A stretch of DNA of 64,000 bases, taken from positions 136,648,001-136,712,000 of the forward strand of contig NC_042999.1 of NCBI RefSeq assembly GCF_006345805.1, in the 5' to 3' direction. Under the pieces are notes generated by a model, which saw nothing but the letters and a program-made list of their open reading frames with translations, did not search any database and was not told the DNA's origin. Positions within the stretch are counted from its first letter, which is position 1. Every line of letters starts with the position of its first letter. The translations under genes were made by a program, and so were the position numbers. This stretch comes from Octopus sinensis (Eukaryota). This document shows positions 51,395 to 64,000 of the stretch, piece by piece.

Positions 51395-53447
51395 AGATGT
51401 GTGTGTATGTGTGAGTGTGTGCGTGTGTGTATGTGTGTGTGTGAGGCGAGATGAAAAAACAAAAAAATATGTGTGTGTTAGTGTGTGCGTCTGTGTGTAG
51501 GCGTGTGAGGTAGGGCGAGACTAGTGGTCAGCTAGCAGACAGTAGTAAGAAAAAGAAGGAAGGAGGAAGGGAGGTCAGTAGTAAGAAAAAGAAGGAAGGA
51601 GGAAGGGAGGGAGGGGAAGGGGTGGGGGCGTATGTAGCGTGCCAGCGTGTGTTGAGTAGTAGTGTGTGTGTGTGTCCAGTGTCGTGGTGGTATTAATGGC
51701 CAGTAGATTGAATATGTGTAAGAGTGATGTATATATATAGGCAAGGTGTGTATATGTGTGCGCGTGTGTGTAACGAAAAAGGGGGGGGGGTTTAAGGAAA
51801 AAGGACTCCAGCTGAGGGGAAGATGGAAGAGTGGTACCGCGGAGACAGGCGTGGGAAAACCCAACGACACGCGACGGTCCCAGGAACGGGCGGGAGGTCT
51901 CGTCAGGTCCAAGAGCGAGGTGTATGCGGCGCGTATGCAGCGCGAGCCGGCGCAAGTGCGTATGTGCGCGTGCCTGCGAGTATGCGCGTGAGTATGTATG
52001 TGTGTGGATGTGTGAGTGTGTCTGTGTGTATGTCTGGGTGGCAGTGTGTCCGATGAATGTATGTGAGTATGTGTGTATGTATGTGTGTGCATAGATGTAT
52101 GTCCGTGTGTGTGTGTGTGTGTGTATGTGTGTGATTGTGTATGTATGTACGTGTGGGTGTGGGGAAGTGTGTGTATGTGCATGTGTGTGCGCGTACATAC
52201 AGGTGTGTGAGTGAGTGTGTGTGTGTGTATGTATGTGTGAGTGTGTATGTATGTGTGTGTCGGATGCATGTATGTGTATGGGTGTATGTATGCGTGTGTG
52301 TATGTATGTATGTGTACGTGCGTGTGTGTGTGTGTATGCGTGTAGGTGTGCGCGTGTGCATGCATGCATGCATGTGCGTATGTGTGTGCATGTGTGTGGG
52401 TATATATGTATGTGCGTATATGTGTGTGTATGTTCGTACATGTGTGTGTGTGTGTATGCATGTGTGTGTATGTAGGTGTGTAGGCGTGTGTGTATAGGTG
52501 TATGTATGTAAGTATGTGTGGGTGTGTCCGTGTATGTGTGTGTATGTATGTGTGTGTATGTAGGTGTGTGGGCGTGTGTATATGTGTGTGTATGTAGGTG
52601 TGTGGGCGTGTGTATATAGGTGTATGTGTGTATGTCTGGGTGTGTCCGTGCATGTTTGTGTGTGTGTGTGTATGCATATGTGGGTGTGTGTGTACATGTG
52701 TAATGTATGTGTGTATGCGTGTGTATGTGTGCGTGTGTGTATGTAGGTGCGTGTGTATGTGTGTGGGAGTGTAGGTGTGTGTGTGCGTGTGCGTGTTTAT
52801 GTTGGTGTGTGCGTATGTGAGTGTGAGTGTATGGGTGTTTGTCATGCATGTGTGTGCGCGTGCAGGTGAGTGTGTGTGTAAGTATGTGTGTGTGTATGTT
52901 TGTGTGAGTGTGTAAGTGTGTATGTCTTTGTGTATGTATGTGCGTATAGGAGTATGTGGGTATGTGTGTATGTATGTATATGGGTGTATGTATGTATGTG
53001 TGTGTGTGTGCATGTGTATAAGTATATGTGTGTGTGCGTATGTGTGTATATGTGTATGTGTGTGTGTTTATGTATGTGTGTATGTATGTGTGTAGGCGTG
53101 TGTGTGTAGATGTATGTATGTATGGGTGTGTGTCCGTGTGTGTTTGTGTGTGTGTGTAGGTAGATGTGTGTGTCTGAGTGAGGGTATGGCTGTGTAGGTG
53201 TGTGTGTGTATGAATGTAAGTGTGTGTGTATACAAGTGTAATGTATGTATGTAGGTGTGTGTGTGTGTGTGTATGTGTACGTGTGCGTGTATATGTGTGT
53301 GTGTGTATGCGTGTGAGTGTGAGTGTATGGGTGTATGTCTGTGTGTGTGTATGTTTGAAGTAGGTATGTATGTGTATGTATGTATGTGTGTGTGTGTGTG
53401 CAGGTATGTGTGTGTATGTGTGTGTGAGAGTAGGTGTGCGTGTATGT
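51395..53447. repeat. ~2-kb degenerate (GT/GTAT)n compound microsatellite containing a CpG-rich island (51770-51990) and a 33-bp tandem duplication (~51542-51610)
   Basis: Directly visible; source of the H/T/Y and V/C/Y pseudo-ORFs in the track. Confidence 0.9.
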
Positions 53448-54580
53448 ATACATACATATAAATATATAGATATATTTATACATATATAAATATATATATA
53501 GATATATTTATACATATATAAATATATATATATATATATATACATACATATAAATATATAGATATATTTATACATATATAAATATATATATAGATATATT
53601 TATACATATATAAATATAATATAAATATATTTATACATATATAATTATATATATAGATATATTTATACATATATAAATATATATATAGATATATTTATAC
53701 ATATATAATTATATATATAGATATATTTATACATATATAATTATATATATAGATATATTTATACATATATAATTATATATATAGATATATTTATACATAT
53801 ATAATATATATATAGATATATTTATACATATATAAATATATATATATATATATACATACATATAAATATATAGATATATTTATACATATATAAATATATA
53901 TATAGATATATTTATACATATATAAATATATATATAAATATATTTATACATATATAATTATATATATAGATATATTTATACATATATAAATATATATATA
54001 GATATATTTATACATATATAATTATATATATAGATATATTTATACATATATAATTATATATATAGATATATTTATACATATATAATTATATATATAGATA
54101 TATTTATACATATATAAATATATATATAGATATATTTATACATATATAAATATATATATAGATATATTTATACATATATAAATATATATATAGATATATT
54201 TATACATATATAATTATATATATAGATATATTTATACATATATAATTATATATATAGATATATTTATACATATATAATTATATATATAGATATATTTATA
54301 CATATATAATTATATATATATAGATATAATTATATATATATAGATATATTTATACATATATAATTATATATATAGATATATTTATACATATATAAATATA
54401 TATATAGATATATTTATACATATATAATTATATATATAGATATATTTATACATATATAATTATATATATAGATATATTTATACATATATAAATATATATA
54501 TATACATATATTTATACATATATAAATATATATATACATATATTTATACATATATAAATATATATATATATATATATACA
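53448..54580. repeat. 32-bp AT-rich minisatellite, ~35 copies
   Basis: Unit gatatatttatacatatataa(a/t)tatatatata, exact period 32 at 54001-54064. Confidence 0.9.
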
Positions 54581-55100
54581 TCCTTTTCCCCCACTATTCT
54601 ATTCCTATTACTCTATCACACTCTCTCCCTCACTCCTCCTCCCTTGTTGCTCATGTGGCTCCCACATGATATCGGACATCTTTCTTTCTTTCTCTCTGTT
54701 GTAGCTGGAACAAGGAAGATGTGTTCTTGTTTGTCTCCTGTTCATGTGTTTGCCACCACAACCTCGTTTAGGCTTCGCAGCCCTTCCTCTTTGTTTTCAC
54801 TGTCCTGGTTTTGTTACCTGTTTTGACCCTCTGCAAAATCCCAAATTTTTAAATAAACTATTTTATCAAAAGTGTATATTGTTGTTAAATGCTTGAAATA
54901 CGAGTCTAGAAAAACAGCCAACAACTGATGAAGGGTCGTTTTTTTTTATGTTGTTTGTTTTGCTTTCCATTTGTGTGTTTCATTGTTCGAAAGAATAGTT
55001 CATGTTCCATGTACTCATGCTTTGTACTTTTTTGTTGTACACATTTCATGTGGTTCTGTGCCCACATATGAATATATATCTATATATGTATACGTATGTA

Positions 55101-55147
<47 letters not shown>

Positions 55148-56949
55148 CATACACATTTCAAAGTACATGTTATATACACAGTCATGCTTCACGTATACAA
55201 ACAGTGGTCATTTCATTGGATTATTCATAATTTTAAACATGTTTTTCCTGTTTGAAATATTTGTTTTTATGTTACTAAGTAGTAATGACTTCTCTTTATA
55301 ACACCAACCAATGCTATAAAACCTGAGATTGATTCTTTTATTTCTGGATATATTGAAGCAACATAACATCACAGGATTAATCCAGGACTAAGGAGGCTAG
55401 TGAGGGTCTGCAGTGACAATTACTCCATAGGAGAGTTCATACAAGAGTTTGATAAATGGAACTACTGACAACATTTCTATCTTCCTTACTCTGAAATAAA
55501 GGGTATAAATACAATATATTAGATTCCTTATTCCTCACAACAATTAAACTTGTGAAACTATTCGACAAACTCTCCTAGTTATACAGTGATGACAACTTGA
55601 TTTGAAACTTATAATCCAAAGGTCACAATACTTTAAGAATTAAACTACACCATGTTTGATTTTTTTTTTTTGTGTAGATTTTTTTCTTTTCTTTTTAGAC
55701 TAACTAGCTGGAATTGTATGCTGTCTTCAAAGTTACAACAGTTTTGATTCGAATTGGTATTCTAATTAATGAACCTTTTGAAGAAAGCATTTTCCATTTC
55801 TTTTCCTTTGTATCTTCTTGTTTGCATTTTTGTGATAGTAGACTATGTTTTATAATTAGCCATAACACTTATCATTTGACTGGTTGGTAAAATGTCTGAT
55901 AGCAATCTTGCTGGTGATGTTTCCAAGTGCACTGTGTCTCCAGTGAATCCATTTAATCAACTATTACAAATATATTTTGAAAATCTGATTTGAATATGTT
56001 AAAAGTAAAGCAGTAAGCACCAGACCAAATGGAATCAAATGTTTCAATTATTTTGTTCTATATCATGTAGAACATACTAGTTGAAGTTAAACACCATCAG
56101 GCCTAGTTGGTACTTATATGAGTGCCCAGTTTAAAAATCCTGGTGCTGTAGTATTTACATGACCTAACAAGACTATATTTGATTACTTGACCTACTAGAA
56201 ATAGCAACAGATCTTTAAATTACACCCATTTTGTTATAATCCTAAACATGTAATATCTGAGAGAAGGACAGAGTGATAATGACTAAAATCCCTTTAATCA
56301 TATGTCTGATCAGTCAAGGCTGACCTGATACTAAATAGTTACATTAAAAGTGGTAGGATATGAAAAGGAACCACTACATGCTAGAAATGGCAGCCATATC
56401 ACACTCTTCTGTCTTAGAAAAATACACTGGATAATATAAACTGAAATACATTTTATTTCTGTTCATATTTGCCTTTTTTTCTATTTGACAAAATACCAAC
56501 TTGGTAATTCTGTCATTTAAAATCAAAACATTTTGAAAACATGCTGTATGCAGAAATTAAAATAGCTGTTGAACTTCTAGCTAAATGACCTTAAAGTTGA
56601 AATACTCTGAAGGGATTTTATTTAGTAGTACACTTAATTCTACATTCCTCAATTCACCTAGAAGTCAGGAGTCCAGTACTGTGTCATCTGTGCATGCTAC
56701 CTTATTTAAAGTGATATCCCTTCAATTCAACAGAAAGATTTCTCTTTCATCCACTTATTGAATCTGGTCTTTAAAAGCTGTTTGAAAATTAAAAGACAAA
56801 TCAAATCATAAGGGTTTTTTTATGTGAAAGTCATTAATTCTGCTTCCTTAAAAATCACCTCCACAAACCAAGAGCAACCTTTATTATTTGGATTTGTTAG
56901 AAATGTTTTAATTTGTGTTTTCTATGTCTGCAATATTTTTATTTTCATA

Positions 56950-57560
56950 AGGGTTTGATGTGGAGGGAGTGTCATGTCTTTGAAGAGTAGTGAGATTGAT
57001 ATGGTTGAAGTTCTCTTTCAACAACTGCTCAAAACATAGATGGAAAATGAATTCCAGATGACTAACATTAAGAGGAAGGATGATTGAGAGCTGTGGTTTG
57101 TGGAGGGTCTGGTGGGAAGAGTGTGCAATAAGGGTAATGAAAGTAAAGGCAAAGGACTTGGAAGTGACATGTCAACATTTAGGTCAACGTTGGATTGTGT
57201 TGATCAGTGACTCTATGCCAAAAGGCCTTTTTTTCTCCTTGCATTTAGAATGTTCACATATCTGCAGCATCAACACCAACTTGATGTGGAAGAAATCTTC
57301 CATTGTGGATACTCATTTCAATTTTATAAATTCAGATATAACAAAAAATGTTATTTGTTTGATGTTAAAGGTTCAGTTAACCACACACAACCACTCACCC
57401 ATAGACTCATTGTTTCTTCACTCAGTTTCTTCTGCTACTTTGATAGCGTCTGCTCTTCTGAACTTACAAACTGTGCATCATCCATCCACACCTGATGTGT
57501 TCACTTCCACTTATTATCCCTACTTGGTCTCCCCCTCTCTCCCCAAACTCCTTCCTCCCT
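56950..57560. mobile_element. CR1/L2-like LINE C-terminal fragments in opposite orientations
   Basis: + strand QPLTHRLIVSSLSFFCYFDSVCSSEL (~57380-57470); - strand VIWNSFS-type terminal motif (~57040-57070). Confidence 0.45.
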
Positions 57561-59349
57561 AGTTTTGAATTTCACTAGAATTGCTACTCCAGTTATGAGG
57601 CAGGTCACAGAGACCATTTGTGTTACAGATGCACAGTAATAGTTAATAGTAAGAATGGTCATGAAATAAATTCATTTAAATTACTAAAAGAATTCTCTCT
57701 GTGTAGTTGATATAGGTTCTATTATTCAGGTGACCAAATTAGTTGAGGAGGAAGGTATACTGAAAGTATACTAGCTTGAGTGGAAAAAAATGTAGGGAAC
57801 TATTATTTCTGTAGGCAAGAAAGGGACTCTCTTTCTGAGTGAAGGGTAAAATGTATATGCTTGTGTACAAAGTGTGATTTTGCAAGGTAGTAAAACATGG
57901 ACATTAAATGTGGATGACATGTCAAAGTTGGAAGTTTTTTTTGTTTTTTTTTGTTTTTTTTTGAGGGAAGTGTTTCCATTCAGTTAGTTTTGATATAGGT
58001 ATGTGTGAGACTTTCTTTTTTATTCATATCTAGTTTTGAAGAAAAAAAAAGTAGTAACAATACATTTACAGCAGAATTTAAAAAGAAACAAACAATAACA
58101 TTAAATTCTTTTGTACATGTTTTTATAGAATTTATCTCATTTCAACACAAAGTAAGCAACAATCATACTAATGTTTCATTTATAGTTCCATTAATATAAT
58201 ATCTTGACTAAAATATTCACCTTGCTCTTCACTGTATTTTACATTTTTTCTGAAAATAGTCATGGTGAGAATGTAAAAGGTACATGCTCACACTCATCCT
58301 ACATCCAAGTTAACAAAAGTAATCAATCATGATTTTCACTAGCTGTGATCATTCTGAAGATTCTTTTAGATTTTTCCAAAACTTTCAAACAATGTTTGGT
58401 AGACTTCTACTTCAATCTCCTATGTATTGTTTTCAAAATTGTTATTCTCCATCACTTTTATCATTTATAGTCCAATAAAAATGCCATCTTCCAGTTTTGT
58501 ATCGATTACAGTAAAACATTTTGGTGACAAAATTATTCAGTCGTGCTAACTTTGTTGTAATGGCAGAAGCTTTTTTTTTTCAATCAACGAGAGAAAATAA
58601 AGTAACCTTTTAAAATACTGTCAAAATTTATTATAAGATGGTCAAGTTTTTTTATAAACTGTCTCAGCTCTGCTTCTTCCATAGGGAGACAAAACAAAGT
58701 TGGTTTGATCACCTTAATATATGAGTAATGTTACTTTTAAATGAACACCCAAACAATTGGTTTGTGATAATTTACCACTTTTCATATTTCCATTTGTTTT
58801 GTTCTATTAACACTATATTCTCTGCCTAGAAGACATGACAGAATAGAGTGAACCATGAAACACATTTCTCTTTGAACTAGTAACATTCTCCAATCATCTG
58901 CTTTGCATTTAATTCAAGTTTGTTCAATTAGATCTTTGATATTTCATAGTTTGCTTTGCAACAGAATTCTATAAAATATTTATTTCTATATTAGTACTAT
59001 GTAGTTGTTTTATTTTGCAATCTGATTTTTTTTCTCTTAAACTTGATAGTAAATCATATATTAAAAATATTACATAAAAAGTCATCTTAATAAAGTGTTT
59101 TCTGTTTCCAGATAAATAGCCTATTTATAAGTAATAGCTATATAAGAATGATTCAAAATAAAGAAATGATATACAAGAATTGAAGTTTACTGTAAATTAA
59201 AATGTGGGTTTAATGACGAAAATAACTAAATGTGCTGTACAATAAATGTAAAAGATGAGAACTGTAAAGAGTGATAAATTAGAAGAACTGGCATTCTTTG
59301 CTGCAATATTTTAAGTAAGATGTTTCTTATTCTTTACTTTACTTAAAGT

Positions 59350-59850
59350 TATGGTCTCACTTGTCCTGCCGGGTCTTCCCACGCACAGCATACTTCCAAA
59401 GGTCTCGGTCTCTGGTCATTTCCTCGGTGAGACCCAATGTTCGAAGGTCGTGCTTCACCACCTCGTCCCAGGATCATTACACATCCATCGGATCACACTG
59501 GCTTCATTCCTTGCAAGCTTACACATGTCCTCAGCAGTCACGGCCCAAGTTTCACTGCCATGTAGCATGGCAGTTCGTACACATGCGTCATACAGTCTGC
59601 CTTTTATTCTGAGCAAGTGACCTTTTGTCACCAGCAGAGGTAATAGCTCTCTGAACTTTGCCCAGGCTATTCTTACTCTAGCAGTTACACTTTCAGCACA
59701 CCCGCCCCAGACATACATCATCATTGTTTAACATCTGCCTTTCATGCTGGCATGGGTTGGATGGTTTGACCAGAGCTGGCCTGGCAGGAGCCTGCACAGA
59801 TTTTGTTTTTGCGTTGGTTTTTACAGCTGGATGCCCTTTCTAATGCCAAA
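59350..59850 (-). mobile_element. RTE LINE fragments (ORF C-terminus with internal deletion, adjacent 3' UTR/tail piece)
   Basis: ORF 59455-59724 GGCAESVTARVRIAWAKFRELLPLLVTKG...GRLYDACVRTAMLHGSETW; C-terminal piece 59351-59465; catcatcat tail at ~59716. Confidence 0.85.
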
Positions 59851-59934
59851 CACCCAATACATACATACATAGGTATTTACACATACAAATTTATATATGT
59901 ATGTACATATATATTTTTCTCCTCTTTCTTTTAG

Positions 59935-60125
59935 GTGCTTGGTCTGCTAGTACTCCGAATGGTGAACAATTTCTGGCTATTAACCTTGGTCAGCGTTATA
60001 TCATCACTGCTGTTGGTACACAAGGAAGGCAAGGTACTGAAGAGTATGTTTCTGAGTTCATGTTGGAGACATCTGATGACAATAACACATGGCGGATGTA
60101 TACAAATGAACTTGGTATTGATGAG
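59935..60125 (+). CDS. Internal coding exon: central part of the discoidin domain, probable Neurexin IV/Caspr (CNTNAP-like) gene
   Basis: Polypyrimidine tract + AG at 59933-34 and GTAGGT donor at 60126. 191 nt, phase 1-0: (G)AWSASTPNGEQFLAINLGQRYIITAVGTQGRQGTEEYVSEFMLETSDDNNTWRMYTNELGIDE. Joins the 14250-14390 exon in frame (TCT G|GT GCT TGG). TQGR..T.EYV.E....SDD...W is closer to Nrx-IV/Caspr than to DDR or neuropilin; the family call is less certain than the domain call. Confidence 0.9.
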
Positions 60126-60422
60126 GTAGGTGCTCAAAGAATTGCATATCAGAAATCACTAAACAATACATGGTCTGTTTAGAGTGTTGATGTCTTTCAC
60201 TTGCAGCAGTTTTTAAGTTCTGTCTTGTGTCCTACAATTTTCTGATGATGTTAGTAGCAGGAATTTTGGCAAAAGAGAATTGAAAAGACAGTTTTCAATA
60301 ACAACATATACTGGGCACTGATGCTGGATTTGATAAGTTCTCTCAAGTAAATTAAACTATCTTCAATATCCTTCCTACTTATCTCTTTCTTTTTTCTTTG
60401 TCTGAAAAAAAACTTTTATTTT

Positions 60423-60615
60423 GGCAGAAACGTTAGCATGCCAAGTGAAATGCTTAGCGGTATTTTGTCTGTCTTTACATTCTGAGTTCAAATTCTGCCA
60501 AGGTCGGCTTTGCCTTTCATCCTTTCTGGGTCAATAAATTAAGTACCAGTTTCGTACTGGGGCTGATCTAATTGACACCCCCTCCCCTAAAATTTTGGGC
60601 CTTGTACCTAGAGTG
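60423..60615 (+). mobile_element. SINE (second family)
   Basis: tggcagaaacgttagcatgcc..ttctgagttcaaattctgccaaggtc..taagtaccagt..ctgggg. Confidence 0.8.
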
Positions 60616-60647
<32 letters not shown>

Positions 60648-60651
<4 letters not shown>

Positions 60652-60810
60652 GGATAATTCACAAAAAGCAAAAGACAAAGACAGGTGTGGAGAAAACAAA
60701 CAGATGTATTAGTATAATGCTCGGAAATTGAAAAAGTCTTTAATGTTTCAAGCCTACACTCTTCCACAGAAAGAAACAAGGAGAGAAAAAAAAATGTGTG
60801 TTGTGGCAAG
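60648..60810 (-). mobile_element. Family A repeat, second copy, hammerhead-like motif at ~60737-60775
   Basis: - strand TCTTT CTGTGGA A GAG tgtagg CTT GAAA CA TT AAAGA; abuts a (TA)n run exactly as the 50634 copy does. Confidence 0.65.
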
Positions 60811-62074
60811 GCACAATAAACATCAAAATAGAAATTTATGACACTCGTTGGTGCCACTTTAGTGTTGTAATTTACCTGGCCATTTACACTTTAGCATGCT
60901 GTCTAACTGTAGCTCTTTACTCAAACTCTAAACCTTAATCCATATCCCAATTCAGGTCAGTTCTCAGCATAGACTATGGATATTGCAGTAGACCAAGCAC
61001 TAAAGTAGTATCCACTCTAAAGTAGCACCCACTTTTTTTGGGGGGGGTGAAGATGTCAAGTGTCCATCAACACTATTTTTTGTTAGAATCTTTTTAATGA
61101 ATACTTTGTTTATTCTAACTAGTTGCTAGATTGACAGCAAACAGCAGTTATGAAAATTTTGCTCCTGATTTTTATTGTTAGATTCTTTTCTAAAATCATA
61201 GTATTTTCTCCAATATTATTTCTAGAATCAATAACTACAAATATTTATGTACATAAAATCTCATTTATATTTCTGTATATACTTGACATTTTCCCCCTAT
61301 TTAAGCTAATGTCTGAAATACTATTTAATGAGATAATGTTTACCTTATTGTTGTGGTGTGTGTATGTGTGTGTGTTTTGTCTTGTTGTTGTCCTGGTATT
61401 TTTAATAACAGTATTGAACGTATAATGAATTTTTAATGATTTGAGTAGCTTCATCATAATTCCTAAGCAATTTGTTTAATATTAATTCTATTTGTTTTTT
61501 TTTTATTTATTTTAATTTAATTTTCAAATAAGAAATTTAGTTAACTGATTATTCAGTGGGGTTTGAAACTAATTTCATAACATCATAACTCTTTATTTTT
61601 TTTCCTTTGAAATTTGTTTTGTCTATTTTTGCAAACTAGCAAGGGATGTGTGCTCATGTAAATCAAGATATATGCATGAATTGGTGCAGTAATTTTTCTT
61701 AACTTCCTGATTCTATTCGCTACAACATAAATTGAAAGTGTTACTGATTTTAGTTTGCAATGGATGAATAAAGTATTGTATGCCACCTTGTTTGTTGTAA
61801 GGATCAAATTTAACACCTCATTAGCTCTTCTAACTTCCTCTATGAATTTTAAAATGTATTTTTTTTCTTTGCTTACATTGAATTTAAACACAAATTGTTT
61901 GAGAAGGTTGATACCTTTCATTTGCAATGCCTTTATTATTATTATTATTATTATACATTCATAGATGATTCAGACTGTTCATTATTTGGTGCCATCCATA
62001 TGTACATTCACTTACTCTTATTTCATTTGCCACATATAAGTAAGATAAAGATATAGCTATCGTTTTAGACACAG

Positions 62075-62745
62075 GCATGACTGTGTGGTAAGAAGCTTGC
62101 TTCCCAACCACATGATTCCAAGTTCAGTCCCACAGCATGGCACTTTGGGAATGCATCTTTTACTTTAGCCTTGAGATGACCAAAGCCTTGTGAGTGGATC
62201 TGGTCAACAGAAATTGAAAGGAGCCTATAACGATTTCATCTCGAGCCCATCTCATTTTGTTATGTTTTGGTTCCATTCCTAGCAAGTTTCTTGCCAGTGC
62301 ATCCAGAGTGGAAGCAATATTATCAATACTGGCTGAAATTGCATTTGACCCTCAGGCTGATAACTGATGAAGAGTTGGTGACCTTCTGTGTTTTCTATTC
62401 ACCTGTATATTTAGTATATGTTCATTTATTTATTTACTACATTTTCATATATATATATATATATATATAGGTATGTCATTTTTCTGTTTGTTTTCTATTT
62501 AATCCTGAAAATATATATATGTATATATCTATGTGTGTGTGTGTCTGTGTTTGTCTCCCCATCACAGCTTGACAACTGGTGTTGGTATGTTTTGTCACTG
62601 TAACTTAGCAGTTCAGCAAAAGAGAACAATAGGATAAGTACTAGGCTTTAAAAAAAAGTCCTCGGGTTGATTTGTTCAACTAAAACCCTTCAAGGCAGTG
62701 CTCTAACATGGCCGCAGTCTAATGACTGAAATAAGTAAAAGAATA
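62075..62745 (+). mobile_element. tRNA-derived SINE interrupted by a ~290-bp insert
   Basis: Head 62075-62230, body and tail 62530-62745. Confidence 0.75.
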
Positions 62746-63090
62746 TTTTTTATCTTTTACTTGTTTCAGTCACTGGAACTGTGCTCATGCTGGAGTACCG
62801 CCTTGAACAAATCAACCCCAAGACTTATTTTTTTAAGTGTAGTACTTATTCTATCACCCTCTTTTGCTGAACCACTAAGTTACGGAAGACATAAACGTTC
62901 AAACTGAAGACAGTTGTCAAGTGGTGAGGGTACAAACACTCACACACACTTATGATGGGCTTCCACACAGTTTCCACCTACCAAATTCATTCACAAGGCC
63001 TTGGTTGGCCTGGGGCTAAGTTAGAAGACACTTGCCATAGCTACTGTACAGTGGGTTTGAACTCAAAACAACCATGGTTGCAAAGTGAGC
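62746..63090 (-). mobile_element. tRNA-derived SINE, tail-to-tail with the preceding copy
   Basis: Reverse complement of the 36600 family: tail at 62746, head ending ~63090. Confidence 0.75.
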
Positions 63091-64000
63091 TTCTTAAACA
63101 TTAATTAATTAAATCTAAATTAATTTTCAATTATGGTGGTTGTTTTTGGCTGAAATCAACATAAATTTACTGAATGCTTCCTCAGCAGTGTTATGAACTA
63201 TCTCTTTTAACTCTCATAGCAAGAGAATGTTCAGTTTGTGACTGAAATTAAATTTGGAGGAATTAAACCCAACCTGAACACACTGACTTAATGACTTATA
63301 CTTGTCACCTGGTGATGATTACAATTAAATTAATCCATTTAAAATGTTGCTTTATGAGGAATAACTATATAACATAAATTATAAGATTAACTATTCAAGA
63401 ATGTTTCATTTAAATCAAAATTTATTATTATACTTCTAAATTTTTTAGACACACTAATGTCTTATTTCATGAAATGTTGTTCAACCTGAGTGCTATGGTA
63501 CCCTGATGTACTACCAATAAGCCCTAGGATTATTGAACTCCAAGGTTTTGAACACTAATCTATATTAGACAATATGAATTTGATCTAAAAGTTATCAAGT
63601 AAAACTATCGCAGTTTGTCACATATTAAATATTGACACCGCAAGTCATATATTTTAATAACATTTATGAAACATTGGTTTATATCTTGTTAGTTTGGCTA
63701 TAAACAGGAAGACTTACGCAATCTAGTAAACTTTCTTCACAAATGACTGCCTTACATTGTACTGCTGCTTCTGTTGTGGTTTCCTATTCGTATTTCACTA
63801 TTTTTAGACATTGCAAGCTGAATTCAATAAGTTTAGGGAGGCTTTTCTGCTCCAGCTAAATTGTCATTTGCCAATCAGATGTTTTATAAAAATAGGAAAG
63901 AATGAATGGAAAGAGGAACATTATTAATAAGCCATTGTTATTGGTATTCATCTCCAGATGAACCTATAATCAAATGCCTTCCAGTTGTAATAATCTCATC

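Noticed and set aside
51532-53670. Very long ORFs (493 and 666 aa) of H/T/Y or V/C/M/Y
   Set aside because: Translations of GT/AT microsatellites that lack stop codons; the same applies to 2967-3898, 17094-18062 and 50741-51331.
60126-64000. Next discoidin exon (F.GN.D...PI.A..IRI.P..W)
   Set aside because: Not found in the remaining 3.9 kb; presumably beyond the window. No signal-peptide exon was found upstream of 14250 either.

Overview
AT-rich, repeat-dense animal genomic DNA. The SINE and RTE families look like those of octopus/coleoid cephalopods; this is an inference from repeat recognition, with no database search. The only host gene I can support is two + strand coding exons (14250-14390 and 59935-60125). 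They splice in frame across a ~45.5-kb phase-1 intron to give most of an N-terminal discoidin (F5/8 type C) domain, most similar to Neurexin IV/Caspr (CNTNAP-like). The rest is intronic: tRNA-type SINEs, decayed LINEs (RTE, CR1/L2-like, HERO-like, R4/Dong-like), two different Penelope-like GIY-YIG fragments, mariner and hAT relics, and micro/minisatellites. The most notable unexplained signal is a set of minimal type I hammerhead-ribozyme-like motifs. One near-canonical motif (4706-4746) with a palindromic ACTAGT loop sits at the tip of a long foldback element, next to a decayed tandem copy. Two related families of variant-core motifs lie in (TA)n tracts at 50.7, 51.2 and 60.7 kb. One Penelope-like endonuclease has a ~130-codon insert between its GIY and YIG half-motifs. 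Most short ORFs in the supplied track are microsatellite or antisense artefacts. Repeat boundaries are hand estimates (about +/-20-50 bp); exon and ribozyme coordinates were counted base by base.
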